NCBI RefSeq assembly: GCF_009914755.1
Contig: NC_060934.1
Source of the DNA: the human T2T-CHM13v2.0 reference genome, Homo sapiens
Length of the DNA: 64,000 nt
Direction: 5' to 3' (one strand)
Shown here: positions 1-16,810 of the stretch, one piece after another
Position numbering within the stretch: position 1 is the stretch's first letter
Layout: every line of letters begins with the position of its first letter
The notes under the pieces: generated by a model
Told to the model about the DNA's origin: nothing
What the model saw: only the letters and a program-made list of their open reading frames with translations
Databases searched by the model: none
Translations under genes and position numbers: made by a program

Positions 1-1
1 C

Positions 2-337
<336 letters not shown>

Positions 338-944
338 TAGAAAGACTTTAATCTTAGATGGGGGAAGAAGCAGCATAGCCTTTCTCACCGAAACAGCCGA
401 AGACCTTCCAGAACATTCTTGCTGGAGTTGTGAGGTCTAGACTCACCTGGGTCTAATCAGTGTGTCAGGGTTAGGAATAAATGATAGAATCCAACCTCAT
501 TCTCAGAGGAGAAAACAGAGCCAAGGAGGGCAGCAGCCTGCCCAGGGGAACCAGCTGGGTCCAAAGCCCAGGCCTCCTGACTTCAGCTCTCTCTGTATGG
601 CCACCAGTGACCTGGGGGGGGATACCAAGCAGCATGCCACAGTTCTCCCATCATCGCGTCCTCCCCTTCGCCCCACTGGTAATTCCAAGGCCACTTGTGG
701 TGGAAACTGCATCCTGGTCAGCATTTCTCAGCAATGCTTGGGCTGCAGAAGGACCCCAGGCCCAGAAGCTATTCGAGGTGTACTGAAGCTCTCTCAAGGT
801 CCCTGGCTCTAAGACGCCTTTTCCACTTTCTCTGCCCTTCAATTCCTGCTTTTTGGGTGTGTTCATAGCCTCAGAACTCCTGCGAGGTACACCCCTTGGG
901 CCCTCCATGATCAGCCACTGACTTGAACTAGTGGGCAAAGCCTA

Positions 945-1130
945 TGGTCAGGTTGCCTGGGTTTGCATCCGGCTCTGCCACTTACGAGTTGTGTGACGAC
1001 AGGCAAGAGCAGGAACCTGGGAGCGTCAGTTTCCCCACCGGTGACCTAGGGATAACAGTGAACCCACCTCATAGGTTTTCGCTGAGGATTGATTTAAATC
1101 AACTGAGTGCAGCGCCTCGAGCATAGAAAA
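945..1130 (+). mobile_element. MIR SINE relic
   Basis: cctgggtttgcatccggctctgccacttacgagttgtgtgac...cagtttcccc...cccacctcatagg resembles the MIR core. Confidence 0.7.
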
Positions 1131-1293
1131 CACTTAGAAAAGGTATCTGCTGTAATTCATGTATTTTGTAGAAAAGGTTTGAGCGCCTCTGCAGTGACTC
1201 TCCCTCTGAGCACACGTGTAGTGTCGTCTCAGGCCAGCAGAGGGTGCCAAGAGCTCAGGACTTCCTTCATCAACTGGCTTTTTTTTGTCTTAG

Positions 1294-1503
<210 letters not shown>

Positions 1504-2560
1504 TGATGGAGGCTGCACCCCCACCTTAAGCTTCCTGCCCTCCTGGACAGCTGAGCCTTGGCTGGGGCTGGAACTCAGGGTGCTGTGTGTGGGGCTGGGG
1601 AGAGGGCTCCCTTCTCGCTCCTTCTTGTGGGTAGGAACCCTCTGAGTACCTGCTGTCTCAGGTATTTTCACCTGGGTGCGAAAAATGAAAGACTTAATTA
1701 CCTAAGTAATTTTTAGAAAAAATCCTGACAACATCAATGCACATTCATTTTAGAAAATGAAATCTCTCACCCTAAATCAGCTTACATCTCCGGCGCTGGC
1801 ACCTCTGCTGAATAACTCTACACCCACGTATCTGATCGCCTGCTTGACCTCTCTGACAATTAAGATTAAAAGCCATCTCTCGGTGCCCCTGCCCTGTCCT
1901 GCACCCCAACCCTGCCCCCAGTGTTCCTCCACCATCTGACTAGCGGATCAAGCTAGACCCTTGATAGTCCTGGACGCCACTTTGACCATACCCCAACCCT
2001 GAGGTCATTTCTACTTCCAAATCAAGTCCAGCGCTATGGGCCTCGCTCCATGGGTAGCAGCCCCAGCCCAAGATCGGAGGTCCAATGTCTCTTATTTTGG
2101 ACCAAGGTGACCTCTAACTGTCTTGCTTCTGGTCTGGACCCCCTTCTAATCGCATCTCTAGCCAACAGCCTTTGCCTCTGGTGACCTGGCTCCTTCAACT
2201 CACACAGCATAAGTGCAGCCACGGGGCCCCCCCTGAAACTTCCCTGATGAACACCTCCCCATACCGGGCCTTGGTTCATGCCCATCCTCCTACCTGAAAT
2301 GCCTGTCCCCTGCCAGGCTCCTTCTCCCTTACAGAAATTCATGGAGATGTTTCCCAATGCCAGGCTTTTTAGGTTATTTCTAATGTTTTACCAATATAAA
2401 TAGCACACTGGTGAACATCCTTCAACATTTGTCTTCATCTCAGATTCTTTCCCACATTAAATTCCTAGAAATGAAGTTACTAAGTCAAAAGAACTTTCTA
2501 TTTTGTGTTAGTCTCTTAAACATTTTTATTTGAAAATAATTTCAAATTTAACGTTGCAAG

Positions 2561-2681
2561 AATAATGCATAGAATATATACAATATATAATGCATAGAAT
2601 ATATGCAATAATGCATAGAATATATATTCTATGCAAAGAATATTTGCATAGAATATATACACAATAATGCATAAAATATAT
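2561..2681. repeat. AT-rich imperfect tandem repeat (core TGCATAGAATATAT) with a perfect 24-bp palindrome, within an old L1M fragment
   Basis: Five or six copies of aatgcatagaatatat-like units; tgcatagaatat-atattctatgca at 2612-2635. Confidence 0.8.
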
Positions 2682-5339
2682 AGTTACACCCAGTACTGCC
2701 AATCACCCTAGAGTTCAATTTCTGCCCTGCTTGCTATATCATCTGCGTCTCTACGTGTATCTACATATACACTTGTTTTTTCTGAACTATTAATATTAGG
2801 GAGTAATTTGCGTTTATTAAGTTCCTTTACTCCACATGCTTCAGTGTTTATTTCCTAAGAAAAAGAATTTTTGAAAAATATAACTATAGTGCAGTTATCA
2901 ACTTTAAGAAATTTACATTGATGTAATACTTTAATGTCATTTGCCCAATACTGCCTTTTATAGCATTTTTTCTTTCTTCAGTGCTGTTTAGGACCACTTA
3001 GTTGTCATATCTCTTTAGGACTCTATTTAAAAGGATCTTGGTACCCATTTCCAAGTTACCAAAATTTTATTACCTCTGAGTAAATTTCAAAAGTGAAAAC
3101 TAAATTATGCTGAAAATCCTAGTAGAATATTAGAAAATGAGGGTTTACTCATGTGTATGTGTGGAAAGTGTTCTGATTTCAGAAATTAGATTTGGAAAGA
3201 TTTATTCTACTGTTGATGTGAATTGGCTATGTAGCATGCAATGCCCTCACGTTTACAGAGATGGGAGGCAGGTAGAACAGAGTTCTGGGACAGAGGGAAG
3301 GAGACCATATTCTCTAGGAAGCCTCCAGGAGTCCCAGCCTCATGCCAGCCCAGGGCACTGGCTCACTCCTAAAGTCATTCCGTGGTGTTCTCTGCTTTTC
3401 CCCACTCAGGTGCTCCCCCACTCCCCAGCGGAGCAAAGGTTGCGCAATTGTTGAGGAAAAGATAAACATGGCATCCCTTAGACTTTTCATAACATTGTCC
3501 CTCCCTTGGAAAGGCTGAGCTGTCACACCCTGGCAGCATTAACCAAGAAAGGAGAAAAAAATGTCTGACCACAACCAGAAGGTTAGCGGTGGGATAAGCC
3601 TGACAAACGTATGCTGGGCAGAAAAAGAGGTCAAGAGCATTACGTGTCAAGTGTCTAGACTCATCAGCTTGGCAGACATGACTGATGTGGAAAATGGGTC
3701 CTGCTCCTCCGGCCCCTCCCCAGGAGCTGTCTGCACAGACAGTCCAGGGCTATCACTGAAGGGAAAAGAGCCCTGTGTGGCTTCAGGCATGTCATCAGCC
3801 ATGTGCCCACGCTGACCACTCCCCAGGCTCTGCCCACATCTTCTGAGGTTGATCTCCAGTGGCTGCCTTTGTTAAAGCTTGAGGGAGGTGGGAAACGGTT
3901 CAGGAAGAGGGGGGCTTGTTAGAAGTTTCACTGGCTAGGGCTTCTCATATTAGGGTGCTTGTGAGTTTCAGGCTGCTGGCCGGTGGATTTGGCACCATGA
4001 CCCACAGCTGTTTCAGAATGCACCTTTCTCCAACTAACATTTTGGTGTGTGCTGTGTGCTATGTGCACTCTCCCTTTCTATCCCCACCACCCCACGTGGT
4101 GGTCACAGTTATTATCCCTGATATAAGAGGGCTAACGATGGGCAGGGCAGGGCCTCCACTGGCTCCAAAGTCCACGTCTTGCCCTGTGTGCTGCACCCCT
4201 CGTCGTTGGTCATGGAGGCCAAGGCTACCAGCAACTAAAAGGACATAGTGAGAACCGAGTGGTCCCAAGGAGTCACGTGGCCCCGGAGTGGGATGTGTGG
4301 AAATGCAGACTCCAAGGTCAGGGGTGGAGTGGCCCTTGGCTTGACTTATCAGCCCCTCCAGCTGTGGGGCCAATTCCCTGTTTGTGGTCACATGTGTTTG
4401 GAACAACGTCCATTTCTCAGCAGATGCTGCAGCTTCTGGGCCATTCAGCCGTCTCCATCTGAAGTCCCTCGAGCTCATCTTCCTTCAGCTTTTGCTTTCC
4501 ATTTTGTAAACCACCTGGGGTAAAATATGCAACAGTTTTCCTGACCTCCTGGGCCTCCAGTCTAAATTTATTTGCCTGGCATTTGGTTTCCAGTTAATTT
4601 TCTTCTTATAGGTCACTGTTGGGTTACACTGTTCTGCTAACTCTAATATTAAGAAGCTTTCATTCCAAGTTCTGTTTTTCTGGAAGCCAAGCTGCTCATG
4701 GACTTAGGAGGATGGAGACCTCAGAGCACTGTCTAGCTCCCATCTCAACAAAAGACTACCTTGCGACCAGGGGCACTGTATCCCTGTGTCTCCAATTCTC
4801 CCTGACTTCCCGCCTATAACCCGAGAAGTCTCGAGGTCTCAGGAATTCCCTAAGAAGAGCTATGCATGTCCTCCTTGTTGCATCTGTCCCATGGCTTTGC
4901 CCTCCAGCATGGGACAAGGTTCCTATGGGTGTCTGGGACACCCCTGGGCACCCATCTCAAATATAATAGTTCCTGAATCCAATGCTTTTTTAGCTAATAC
5001 TAACAATACCCACCAATTATTCAGCTATATACAGTTGTTGTTGTATAGAGAATATTCTGAGTGAGTTACCCAGACTGATTCCTATAGCAACCTAATGAGA
5101 TGGATACTGTTGGTGTTTCTTGCCTGTGGAATAGAGATGATAGGAAATGACGGGATCAGCTGAAGGTCTCCTCATGCAACATGAGAGTTGGGATTTGAAC
5201 CCACGTCTGAGTGGCCTAAAGCCTGTGGTCATTACCAGCTCACTGACGTGCTCTGCATGAGGCCTTCTTTTTCCTTATTGATGGTCAAGAACAATAGGAA
5301 TATTAATATTTTTACTGTTAAAAAAAGTATATCTCCTTG

Positions 5340-6030
5340 TAGTTTCTGAAAAAAAAGTATAAAGGTAGAATTATAATACAAAACACAATTGTACTCATCT
5401 CCCCAAATGAACGAATATTAATATTTTGTCTTAAATTGAGAAATCAAACATTTCCAATGAAGCAGAAGTCGCCTATGTTTCCCTCCCAGTCCCATTCCCT
5501 TCCTCATTTCTGCCTCCTTCCCCTCCTAAAGACAATTAAACCACTGTTAGGAACTTGTGCAGATTTAATCTATGTAATTTTACTCTTACCACATGAATAA
5601 TATTGCTTTAAAAGATTTAAACTTGAAATACATGTTCTCATCGTGATTGTAACGTTCTGCAACTTATTCACTTACATCGTGTGTTGTGTTCTCTCCATGT
5701 TGATATTTGCATATCTAATGAGCATTTAAAATTTTAATTGTAAAGGGTTCTATTGAATGAATGCACAACGATCTCTTTTCACTCCCTTCCTAATGGCCTT
5801 TTGTTTTGTTTTGTTTTGTTTGTTTGCTGTGACAAGCGATGGAGCAGTGGGCATCCTTGTTCATATCTTACTCACATGGTCATGGCTTTCTCTATGGTCT
5901 ACATACGAAAGAGGGCTTTTATTGTTTATATATAATTTTCTCAGTGAAAAATAGAGGACAGTGTCTTATGAAAAGCATTTTTTTCCCCTAAAGAACAATT
6001 ACCATTTACATTCCAATGGCTGCTAGCGAG
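5340..6030 (-). mobile_element. Degraded L1ME-type 3' fragment
   Basis: ttctgcaacttattcacttacatcgtg and accatttacattccaa...gagtgcc motifs typical of antisense old L1. Confidence 0.5.
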
Positions 6031-6840
6031 TGCCAGTAAACACACATGGTACAGCCCATAGAGGGAGGTTCAAGTCCCTGTGGGTTCTGTCTTGATTGAG
6101 GCCATCAGAGCTCTTAGGTAAATGAAAAGGTGTGTGAATGTCTTTGGTGTGGTTATCTGTTGCACAAACGAATACTTTCAGGTCTGATATTGACCTAAAG
6201 ACAGAGGAATTTACTTTAATAATTATCCTTCATAAATAATAGAACCAGGATTCTGATTCGTGGAGCTCCCAAGGACTCCCCCATGTTGCTGCTAGCCCCT
6301 CTTTAGTGAGACCTCAAAGGGCCTTCTGGGCTTGAGGACCTCAGGTGTGGAGTCTACACTGGAAATCACACCACTTCGCCAGCCCAGCTGACAAAGTTCT
6401 TCACAGGGACATCATACCAAGTGCTCTGAGGAGAGTCTCCCCTTCCGGCCTCACGATGATTGCCAGATGGTGACAAACTTGGTCCTGTCTGGCCAGAGTC
6501 AAAGTCCATGCATTTGTAGGTGGCCTGAAAACCAAAGGAGAGGAAAGAGACAGTTTTACTCTGTTCAGAAATAGCATGAGAGGTGGGTGACATTTTCATT
6601 GTCCTTTAGAGTCACGGTTTGTCTTTGGTGCCACCCACCATAACCACATAGAGTGGTTGAATGTGGAAGCGGTGATGTATTTTAAGGCCAGGGTGCAATG
6701 TCCATGGTCAGAGACTGAAAATGTCAACGGGTTTAAGAAATGTTGAAATGGCTCCATAGATAACCATCAGAGGCTACTAGAGAAGGGGGTTGGGAGATAG
6801 CCACACTTACAGAGCTGACATTACGGGGTAGCAGGTATTC

Positions 6841-7141
6841 TTTTTTTTTTTTTTTTTTTTTGAGACAGAGTCTCCCTATGTCGCCCAGGCTGGAGTGCAG
6901 TGGCGTGATCTCTGCTCACTGCAAGCTCTGCCTCCCAGGTTCACGCCATTCTCCTGCCTCAGCCTCCTGAGTAGCTGGGACTCAGGCGCCTGCCACCATG
7001 CCCGGATAATTTTTTGTATTTTTAGTAGAGACGGGGTTTCATCATGTTAGCCAAGATGGTCTTGATCTCCTGACCTCGTGATCCGCCCGCCTCGGCCTCC
7101 CAAAGTGCTGGGATTACAGGTGTGAGCCACTGCGCCTGGCC
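6841..7141 (-). mobile_element. AluY
   Basis: T21 tail, gcaagctctgcctcccaggttcacgccattc diagnostic, target-site duplication (TSD) agcag(g/c)tattcttt. Confidence 0.92.
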
Positions 7142-7436
7142 AGCAGCTATTCTTTGGCAATGCTCATTTATGGAGGAGAGGCCTCATGCTGCAGCAGGTA
7201 CTGCACAGGCTCTGGAGCTAGGACCTGACCCTGCCACATATCCATAAGAGCTTCCATCCGCTGAGCATGTCATGATGTGCCAGGCACTGTACTAAGCACT
7301 TTGTATGTATGCAGTCAGTAGAATGATGGCCCCACAGATGTCCACATCTCACTGGCTGGAACCTGTGAATATGTTGGGTTGTATGGCAAAGGAAACTAAG
7401 GCTGCAGATGGAACTAAGGTCAGTAATCAGCTGATT

Positions 7437-8327
7437 CTTTTCTTTCTTTCCAACTTTCATTTTAGGTTCAGGGGTACATGTGCAGGTTGTACATGAGTAA
7501 ATTGCATGTCACAGGGATTTGGTGTACAGATAATTTTGTCACCCAGGTGATCAGTATAATATCCTTGATATAGTTTAGATGTGTGTCCCCACCAAATCTC
7601 ACGCTGAATTGTAATCCCCAGTGTTGGAGATGGGACCTGGTGAGAGGTGATTGGATCATGGTGGTGGATTTCTCACTAATGGCTTAGCACCATCCTCTTG
7701 GTGCTGTTCTCCTGATAGTGAGTGAGTTCCCTTGAGATCTGGTCATTTCAAAGGGTGTGGCACCTCCTGCCTTGCTCTCTCCTGCTCTTGCTCTGGCTGT
7801 GTGACATCCTCCTCCCCCTTTACCTTCTGCCAAGATGGTAAGTTTCCTGAGGCCTCTCCAGAAGCCAAGCAGATGCCAGCATCATGCTTCCTGTACAGCC
7901 CATGGAACTGTGAGTCAAGTAAACCTCTTTTCTTTACAAATTACCCAGTCTCAGATATTTCTTTGTAGCAATTCAACAACAGAACAGTACAACCCTATAC
8001 ATAGTTTTTCAATCCTCGCCCTCTTCCTACCCACCACCATCAGGTAGGCCCTGTGTCTATTGTTCCCTTAATGGTGTCCATGTGTACTCAATGTTTAAGC
8101 TCCCACTGACAAGTGAGAACATGCAGTATTTAGTTTTCTATTCCTGTGTCAATTTGCTTAGGATAATGGCCTCCAGCTCTACCCATGTTGCTGCAAATGA
8201 CATGCCTTCACTCTTTTTCATGGCTGTATAGTATTTTATGGTGTATATGTACCATGGTTTCTTTACCCAGTCCACCACTGATGGGCACCTAGGTTGATTC
8301 CATGTCTTTGCTATTGTGAATAGTGTC
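7437..8327 (-). mobile_element. Old L1PA/L1PB 3' end, interrupted by an MST LTR
   Basis: caactttcattttaggttcaggggtacatgtgcaggt...ttgattccatgtctttgctattgtgaatagtg. Confidence 0.85.
7566..7991 (+). mobile_element. MSTA/MSTB MaLR solo LTR
   Basis: tgatatagtttagatgtgtgtccccaccaaatctc...aaacctcttttctttacaaattacccagtctcag...taca; 5-bp TSD atcct/accct. Confidence 0.85.
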
Positions 8328-8914
8328 CGCGGGCTTTAAAATGAGGAGCTTATTCTAGATGACCTGGGTGGGCCCATGGTGATCACAAGGACCTTGTAAA
8401 TGTGAAGAGGGAAGCCAAAGAGTCAGAACCATAGAGAGATTTGAAGATGCTGAACTGCTGACTTGAAGACTGAGAAAAGGGCCATAAGCAAAGGAATGTG
8501 GGTGGCTTCTAGGTGCTGGAAAAGGCAAGGAAACAATTCTCCCTTGAGCCTCTAGAAGGAACACAGCTCTGCTGACAACTTGATCTTACCTTGTTTGGTA
8601 CTTCTGACCTCCAGAATGATGAGAAAATAAATTCGTGTTGTTTCGAACCACTTGGTTTGTGACAATTTGTTATTGGAGCGATAGGAAACTCATCCACTCA
8701 CCTCATCCACTCTGTACCACTCTCCTCTGAGCAGCTGCTGTGATCACACTTTCACAGATGAGGACATTGCAGCTGCGGGGCAGTTAAGCAACTCACAGGA
8801 GGTTCCACAGCCAGTCTGGTGAGGAACTGAGATTCTAACCTGCCCTATACCCAGGTCTGAGCCCAGAATTGTGTGACCTTGGATAAGTTATTCAGGTTTC
8901 AGCCCTCAATCATG

Positions 8915-9085
8915 GCCAGAGCTAAGGTGAAGTGAGTGAGGCACCTTGGTGCGAAATTTAAGAGAGCATGAAAAAACTTAGTCATCGAGATGCAGTCTAT
9001 TTTAGTGTAATATATTAGAATTAAAATTGATGCCAAAAAATGCCATGATGAACAAAACACTAAAATTTTAAATAAATGTAGGGTT
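8915..9085 (+). mobile_element. hAT DNA transposon fragment (MER96B-like)
   Basis: ggtgaagtgagtgaggcac...aaatttaag...catgatgaacaaaacactaaaattttaaataaa; a related fragment lies at 42140-42285. Confidence 0.5.
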
Positions 9086-9406
9086 AATCTCAATTTCTAC
9101 ATCTATAAAAGTAAGGACTATATCCTAACTTTGCAGGATGGTTGTGTGGAATTAAATGAAAAAATCTACAGAAAACATCTTGGGAACACCTGGCACATAG
9201 TAAGAGCTCATTAAATGACGATCATTGTTTTGCGGGGCACAGAGGGTGGGTGAAAACACAGGCCCTAGTGTCAGGCTGCTGAGATTCAAATCCTAGCTCT
9301 GCCATTTCCCAGTTGAGTGGCCTTGAGTAAGCTGTTTACCTGCTTGATGTCTGAGGCTACCTTCAGACTCAAATGTGGTGTCACCTCATTCCCAAACTCA
9401 TTCTAA

Positions 9407-9598
<192 letters not shown>

Positions 9599-11415
9599 TA
9601 ATATAACTTAGTGTTGATTGATGAAATACACAAATACTGAAATGTACAAACACTGCTCATAATATCACGGGGGAAAACCATCAGTGATATAATTTTTCAT
9701 AGCATCATTCAGAGGGCACTGTTTTTTTAATAGGGCCTAAGATTATAGGATGCTTTCAAACCACCAAATTACCTGGAAAAGTAAACAACATGTAGGTGTT
9801 GTACTATGAGATAATCAGGTGCTTCTGGGAACTTGCTGTGTCCAGTAACAGGCATGAGGCAAAAGGTACTCCTCTCTTCAGGAAAATGACCACACTACCC
9901 TGGCCTTTAAAACTTCATTAAAAAAAAAAATCAGCTTTCTTAGGTTGAATAAAACTCACTTTTTCTGTGGAAGTAACTGGTGGTATTACCTTGTTAGGTT
10001 TGTGTTTCTGGTCCCCACAGCCTCAGGAATGAGGGCTTCCAAGCATGACGAGGCGAGTTTAAGGAAGTGGAAGTAAAGATGCTTCATTTCTTTTGCATGT
10101 GTGAGTTTAGCAGATAAACACGTCTTCACGTAGTGACCTGTTTAAGCCAAGTTTCATTTGCATTGTTTTGAAGCACGTAATTCATTTCTGGAACAGAACA
10201 TCTGTGCGCTGCGTTAAGTAAAGAGCCCACTTCTTTCTCTGTCTTGTTATTTGAGGAAAGCAGCATTCAGTGTCGGAATTATATGTACTGTGTTTAGTTT
10301 CCATATAATTTGCTTTGAACCCAAATGTTTTACCCGCCCTCCCCCACTCTTTTAATAGCCTATGAGACACTTTTTCCAATGAGTCATGCACACCAGGAGG
10401 AATTGCTGTTTGGCTCCAGGTCAGCTCTCCTACTGGAAACGTCTTAGCACTGGGAGATAGGAAAAAGAGCTAGAATGTGGTGATTCATTAGAGCTGTGTT
10501 TTTAATATGGAAGAAGCAAGTGAGGAGAAGGGAGTTAAGGTGTGGGCCCCCTGCCAAAGTTGCTGTTTCCAAGGCCTTTGCTTGCACTCCTGAGCCAGAG
10601 ACGCCACAGCTCTTCCCTGGAGTGGCAGGCACAGGGGTGTTTCTCACCACCACAGCTTTTCCATTTTCTTTTCGAATCTACGTTGATTTGTCCCAGACCT
10701 CACATCGCCATGCATTTCCCCAAGCCCCCTGATCCTGTATAATTTTCTTCGTTGGAAACCATTTGCTTCTTTCCAAGTCATGTCATTGCCCCGACCTAAG
10801 CAGTGATGACAAATCTTTCAACAGGGGCCAGAGTCCTCTCAATGTAGAGTGGGGGTGGCTCCAGACAGCCAGAGCCTGCTGTGTCCCTTCCCCAACCTCC
10901 CTCCTTCCCTGCTTGGCCCTCTCCTTTCTCCAGCGAGCTTTGGGTCAGACTGGGAGAAAAGATGGGAAAGTGTAGGGCTTGGATGCTCTCCCTTGCACAC
11001 TGTCCAGGCCCACTCTGTCATCATGGAGGACCTTGTGGCCCACTTTTAGCACTGTGGATGGTTCTTCTCCTGCCCAGCTCAGCTGCTCCAGGGTGGTAGC
11101 ACCTCGCAGTTGTGTCTTTGTCATTGGCCTCCATCTCCCAAATGCATCTCCTGAGCCCCGGGCTCCTTCACCTGGGGGTCTGCTCTGGGTGCTCCTGCTT
11201 CCCCCAGTCCCTGCCTGCTCTGCCTCCTCTCTGTCCATCCGTGATGGGGGCCACCCACCAGAGCTGCTCTGCCCAGCCCCTGCTGAACCCCTCAGTTCAT
11301 GTATATGTCCTGCCCCTCCCAGGGACATCATAAGCAGCTTCAACAAAGGGCTTATGATCCTTTCTCTTGCCCCAACTTGCCTGGCACCTTGCTGGACTGT
11401 GAGTCTCTGTCAGAC

Positions 11416-12371
<956 letters not shown>

Positions 12372-14581
12372 TAGCTCAGTTCTTCTCACAGAAGTGGGTC
12401 TTAAATGCTGATGGAAAATTCAGAGAATGTCATGCATGTGGCAACTTGACAACATTGAGATAGCAGACACATTTCCGTTTCTATTGATGGGTGGTGCCCG
12501 TTGAGTGCACCAGCCCAAGAAGGATTCTCAGCTTTTCTGTAGGCTCTGAGAAGAAGAATGTCGCAGTAGATTAGCGGTGTCTATCCTGGCTGCAGGAGCC
12601 AGGCTTGGTGGCGCCCTGGGTCCATGTTTGCCATCCCCTGCCGAGGATCCCCAGGGCTGACCAGCAACAGTGCGGAGGCTTTGTAGCTGCTGGCCTAGCA
12701 GGGCTGGTGGCCGGAGGGCTCCAGCTGCCCCGAGGTACCTCTGCTCCCTGTGGAGGTGGAGGGAGACTGCAGGGAGTCACGGACAGCCTGGGCCAGCATT
12801 GCGTCACCAGGGGAGTTGAGCTACAAAGTTCAAAGGGGCAAAGGGAGCAGCTAATCAAGGAAGCTCCAGTGGTCGCTGACAGGGATGTGCCAGGAGCATT
12901 TCAAAGTGAGACAGAGGAGCAGACCCCGGGGGAGACAGTAAACAGGCTCGGAAATGAGAAGAGAGGGAGCAATTTGGCCCAATTTTAAAAATTGCAAATA
13001 TTGATAAAATAACTTCAATGACAGAGCAATCTACTTCCCGGGGAGGGGGACATGTTGAGGCCGTCACATTATGGGAACTGACAAGTTGGAACTGCACTTC
13101 CCTAACATGTCAGTAGTGGGACAAGCTGAACAAATATTAGCTCACCCGGACCTTGACCCTACCAGGAAAGAAGCTGAGCAGCAACTGCGGGCATGGCCTT
13201 GGCTGGCCCAGAATCCGGAAAGGAGGGTCAAGAGCCATTAACTGAGTAAAATGAGTCAGACGCCCCTTTCCTCATCTGTCTCAGCAGTGTCCGGAAGACA
13301 GGCTAGGAGGGACGTAGTTGAATAACTGACTTCTCCAGCAACGACTATACCCAAAAATAAAGACATACGTCCAAGCCATTTCTACTCTCCCATTTTCTTT
13401 TGTTCATTAATTTTTTTTTCAATCTTTCATTCAACAAATATTTTTTGAACATGTGCTTTGTGCCTCAGACACTGACATAATGTTGAAGGGGCAGTTTCTT
13501 TGCCTAGCCAGATGTTTAGAAACAACTTCAAGTTTATTTTTGTTGCTATCCAAGAACATCAATGTAAGAAGGAAACAAACACGCACGGTCGTGTGTGGCT
13601 TGCAAACACATACAAACACACACCTGTGTGCACATAAATGCATACACAACTACACACATCTAAAGCATAAACACACATACACACACCCCTCTACACTCTA
13701 CAGCGTGTTTTTCTGGCAATAGCTAGTTGAGAAAAACAAATAGGCTGTCCCGAATTAAATTTAACGTCTCCTTGTAGGAAAAACAAAAAATGTAAGCAAA
13801 GCTGTTGCCTTCATCTATGAAGGAAAAGTCATCATTTCATTCCACTTGGTAGTCTGAGAAGTTCAGGAAAGCTGTAAAAACTTGTAATCGGAGAAAGGGC
13901 AGAAGCAGGCAAATTTTCAACTTTTTAAAAGAACATTTTAAAATCAAGGCATAAAATACAGAAAGGTGCATGAACCTTAAATGAAGAGCTCAATGAATTT
14001 CCACAAAGTGAGCACACCTGTGTAACCAGCACCCAGACCAGAACAGGGGACATGGCCAGTCTCTAAAGCCCCTTATCTCAGTACCTACTTCTTCCACCAA
14101 AAGTAAACAGTATCCTGACCTCTTTTACTACCAATACATCTTCCCTTTTCTTGAGCTTTGTATAAATAGAATTCTGTAGCATACACCTTTAAATGTCTGG
14201 CTTCTTTCACACAATAATGTATCTGTAAAATCCATCCACGTGGCTGCATGTAGCAATAGCTTGTTCATTCTCATAGGATATTTCATTATATGATTATACC
14301 ACAATTTATTCAGATGTTGGTGGACATGTTCAGCCACTAGGAATAGTATTGCTATATACAACCATGTACATGTCTTGTGGTACACATAATTATGTGCTTC
14401 TATTGGGTAAAAACCTAGGAATAGAATTACTATGTCATAGGGTATGGATGAGTTCAACTTTAGTAAATACTGCCAAACAGTTTTGCAAAGTGGCTGTGCT
14501 AATTTATTCCCTAACCAGCAGTGCATGAGAATTCTGGTTTTTCCATATCCTTGCCAACACTAGGTATCTTCAGTCTTTCAC

Positions 14582-14897
<316 letters not shown>

Positions 14898-15004
14898 AGT
14901 CTTTCACTTTTCTAATGGATGGAGAGTGGAACTAATTTGCCTATTCCCTTTTAATTTACATTCCCCTGCTAATGAGGTTGAGCATTTCTTTATATATTTG
15001 TTAG

Positions 15005-15460
<456 letters not shown>

Positions 15461-15532
15461 TCATAATGCTCGTTTGATGAACAAAATTTTAAATTTTAAG
15501 GCATTATAATCTATCAAGCCTTTCTTTTATAG

Positions 15533-15844
<312 letters not shown>

Positions 15845-16519
15845 TATAGTTAGTGCTATTTAAGAATCTTTGCCTATTCCAGTGCCATGTGGATATTCTC
15901 CTATTTTCTTCTAGAAGCTCTATTGTTTTACCTTGCATTTAGATCTAGAGTCCATCCAGAAGTATTTTTTTAAGTATGGTGTGAGGGAGGGACCATGGTC
16001 ACGGTCCTTCTTTTCATAAGGATGCACAATTGATCCAGCACCGTTTACTGGAAAGGCCATGCTTTGCTCACTGCTCTGCAGTGTCTGTCACCTTTGTCAT
16101 AACGTATTTTACATGCTATGTGTTAAATGTTAGTGTCATACGACTATATGTATGACATATACATCATTTTTAGTATCTCTATTCTGTGCCATTAGTCTTG
16201 TCTATCCTTGAACCAATACCACACTTTCTTAATTACTGTTTCATTATAAATCTTGAGATGGAATAAGACATCCCCCAATTTTGTTCTTCTCCAAGATTAC
16301 TTTGGTCATTCTTGGTCCTTTGGATTTTCACATATTTACTTTATAATCAGATTGTCAAATTCCACCAAAAAAGACAAGAGAAGAAAATGCTGAGATTTTG
16401 ACTGGGAAGACATTGAATATGTAGATCAATTTGGGGAAAATTGACCTCTTTAGAATACTGAGATTTGTAATCCATGAAAATGGTATAAATCTCCATTTAT
16501 TTGTCTTTTAAAATTTCTT

Positions 16520-16810
<291 letters not shown>

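Larger units (their letters stand above)
7310..8696 (+). mobile_element. MLT1D-like MaLR LTR split into 7310-7436 and 8330-8696 by later insertions
   Basis: agaatgatggcccc...gaacctgtgaatatgtt...aatcagctga resumes as tttaaaatgaggag...ggtgggccc and ends ...ataggaaactcatcca. Confidence 0.75.
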
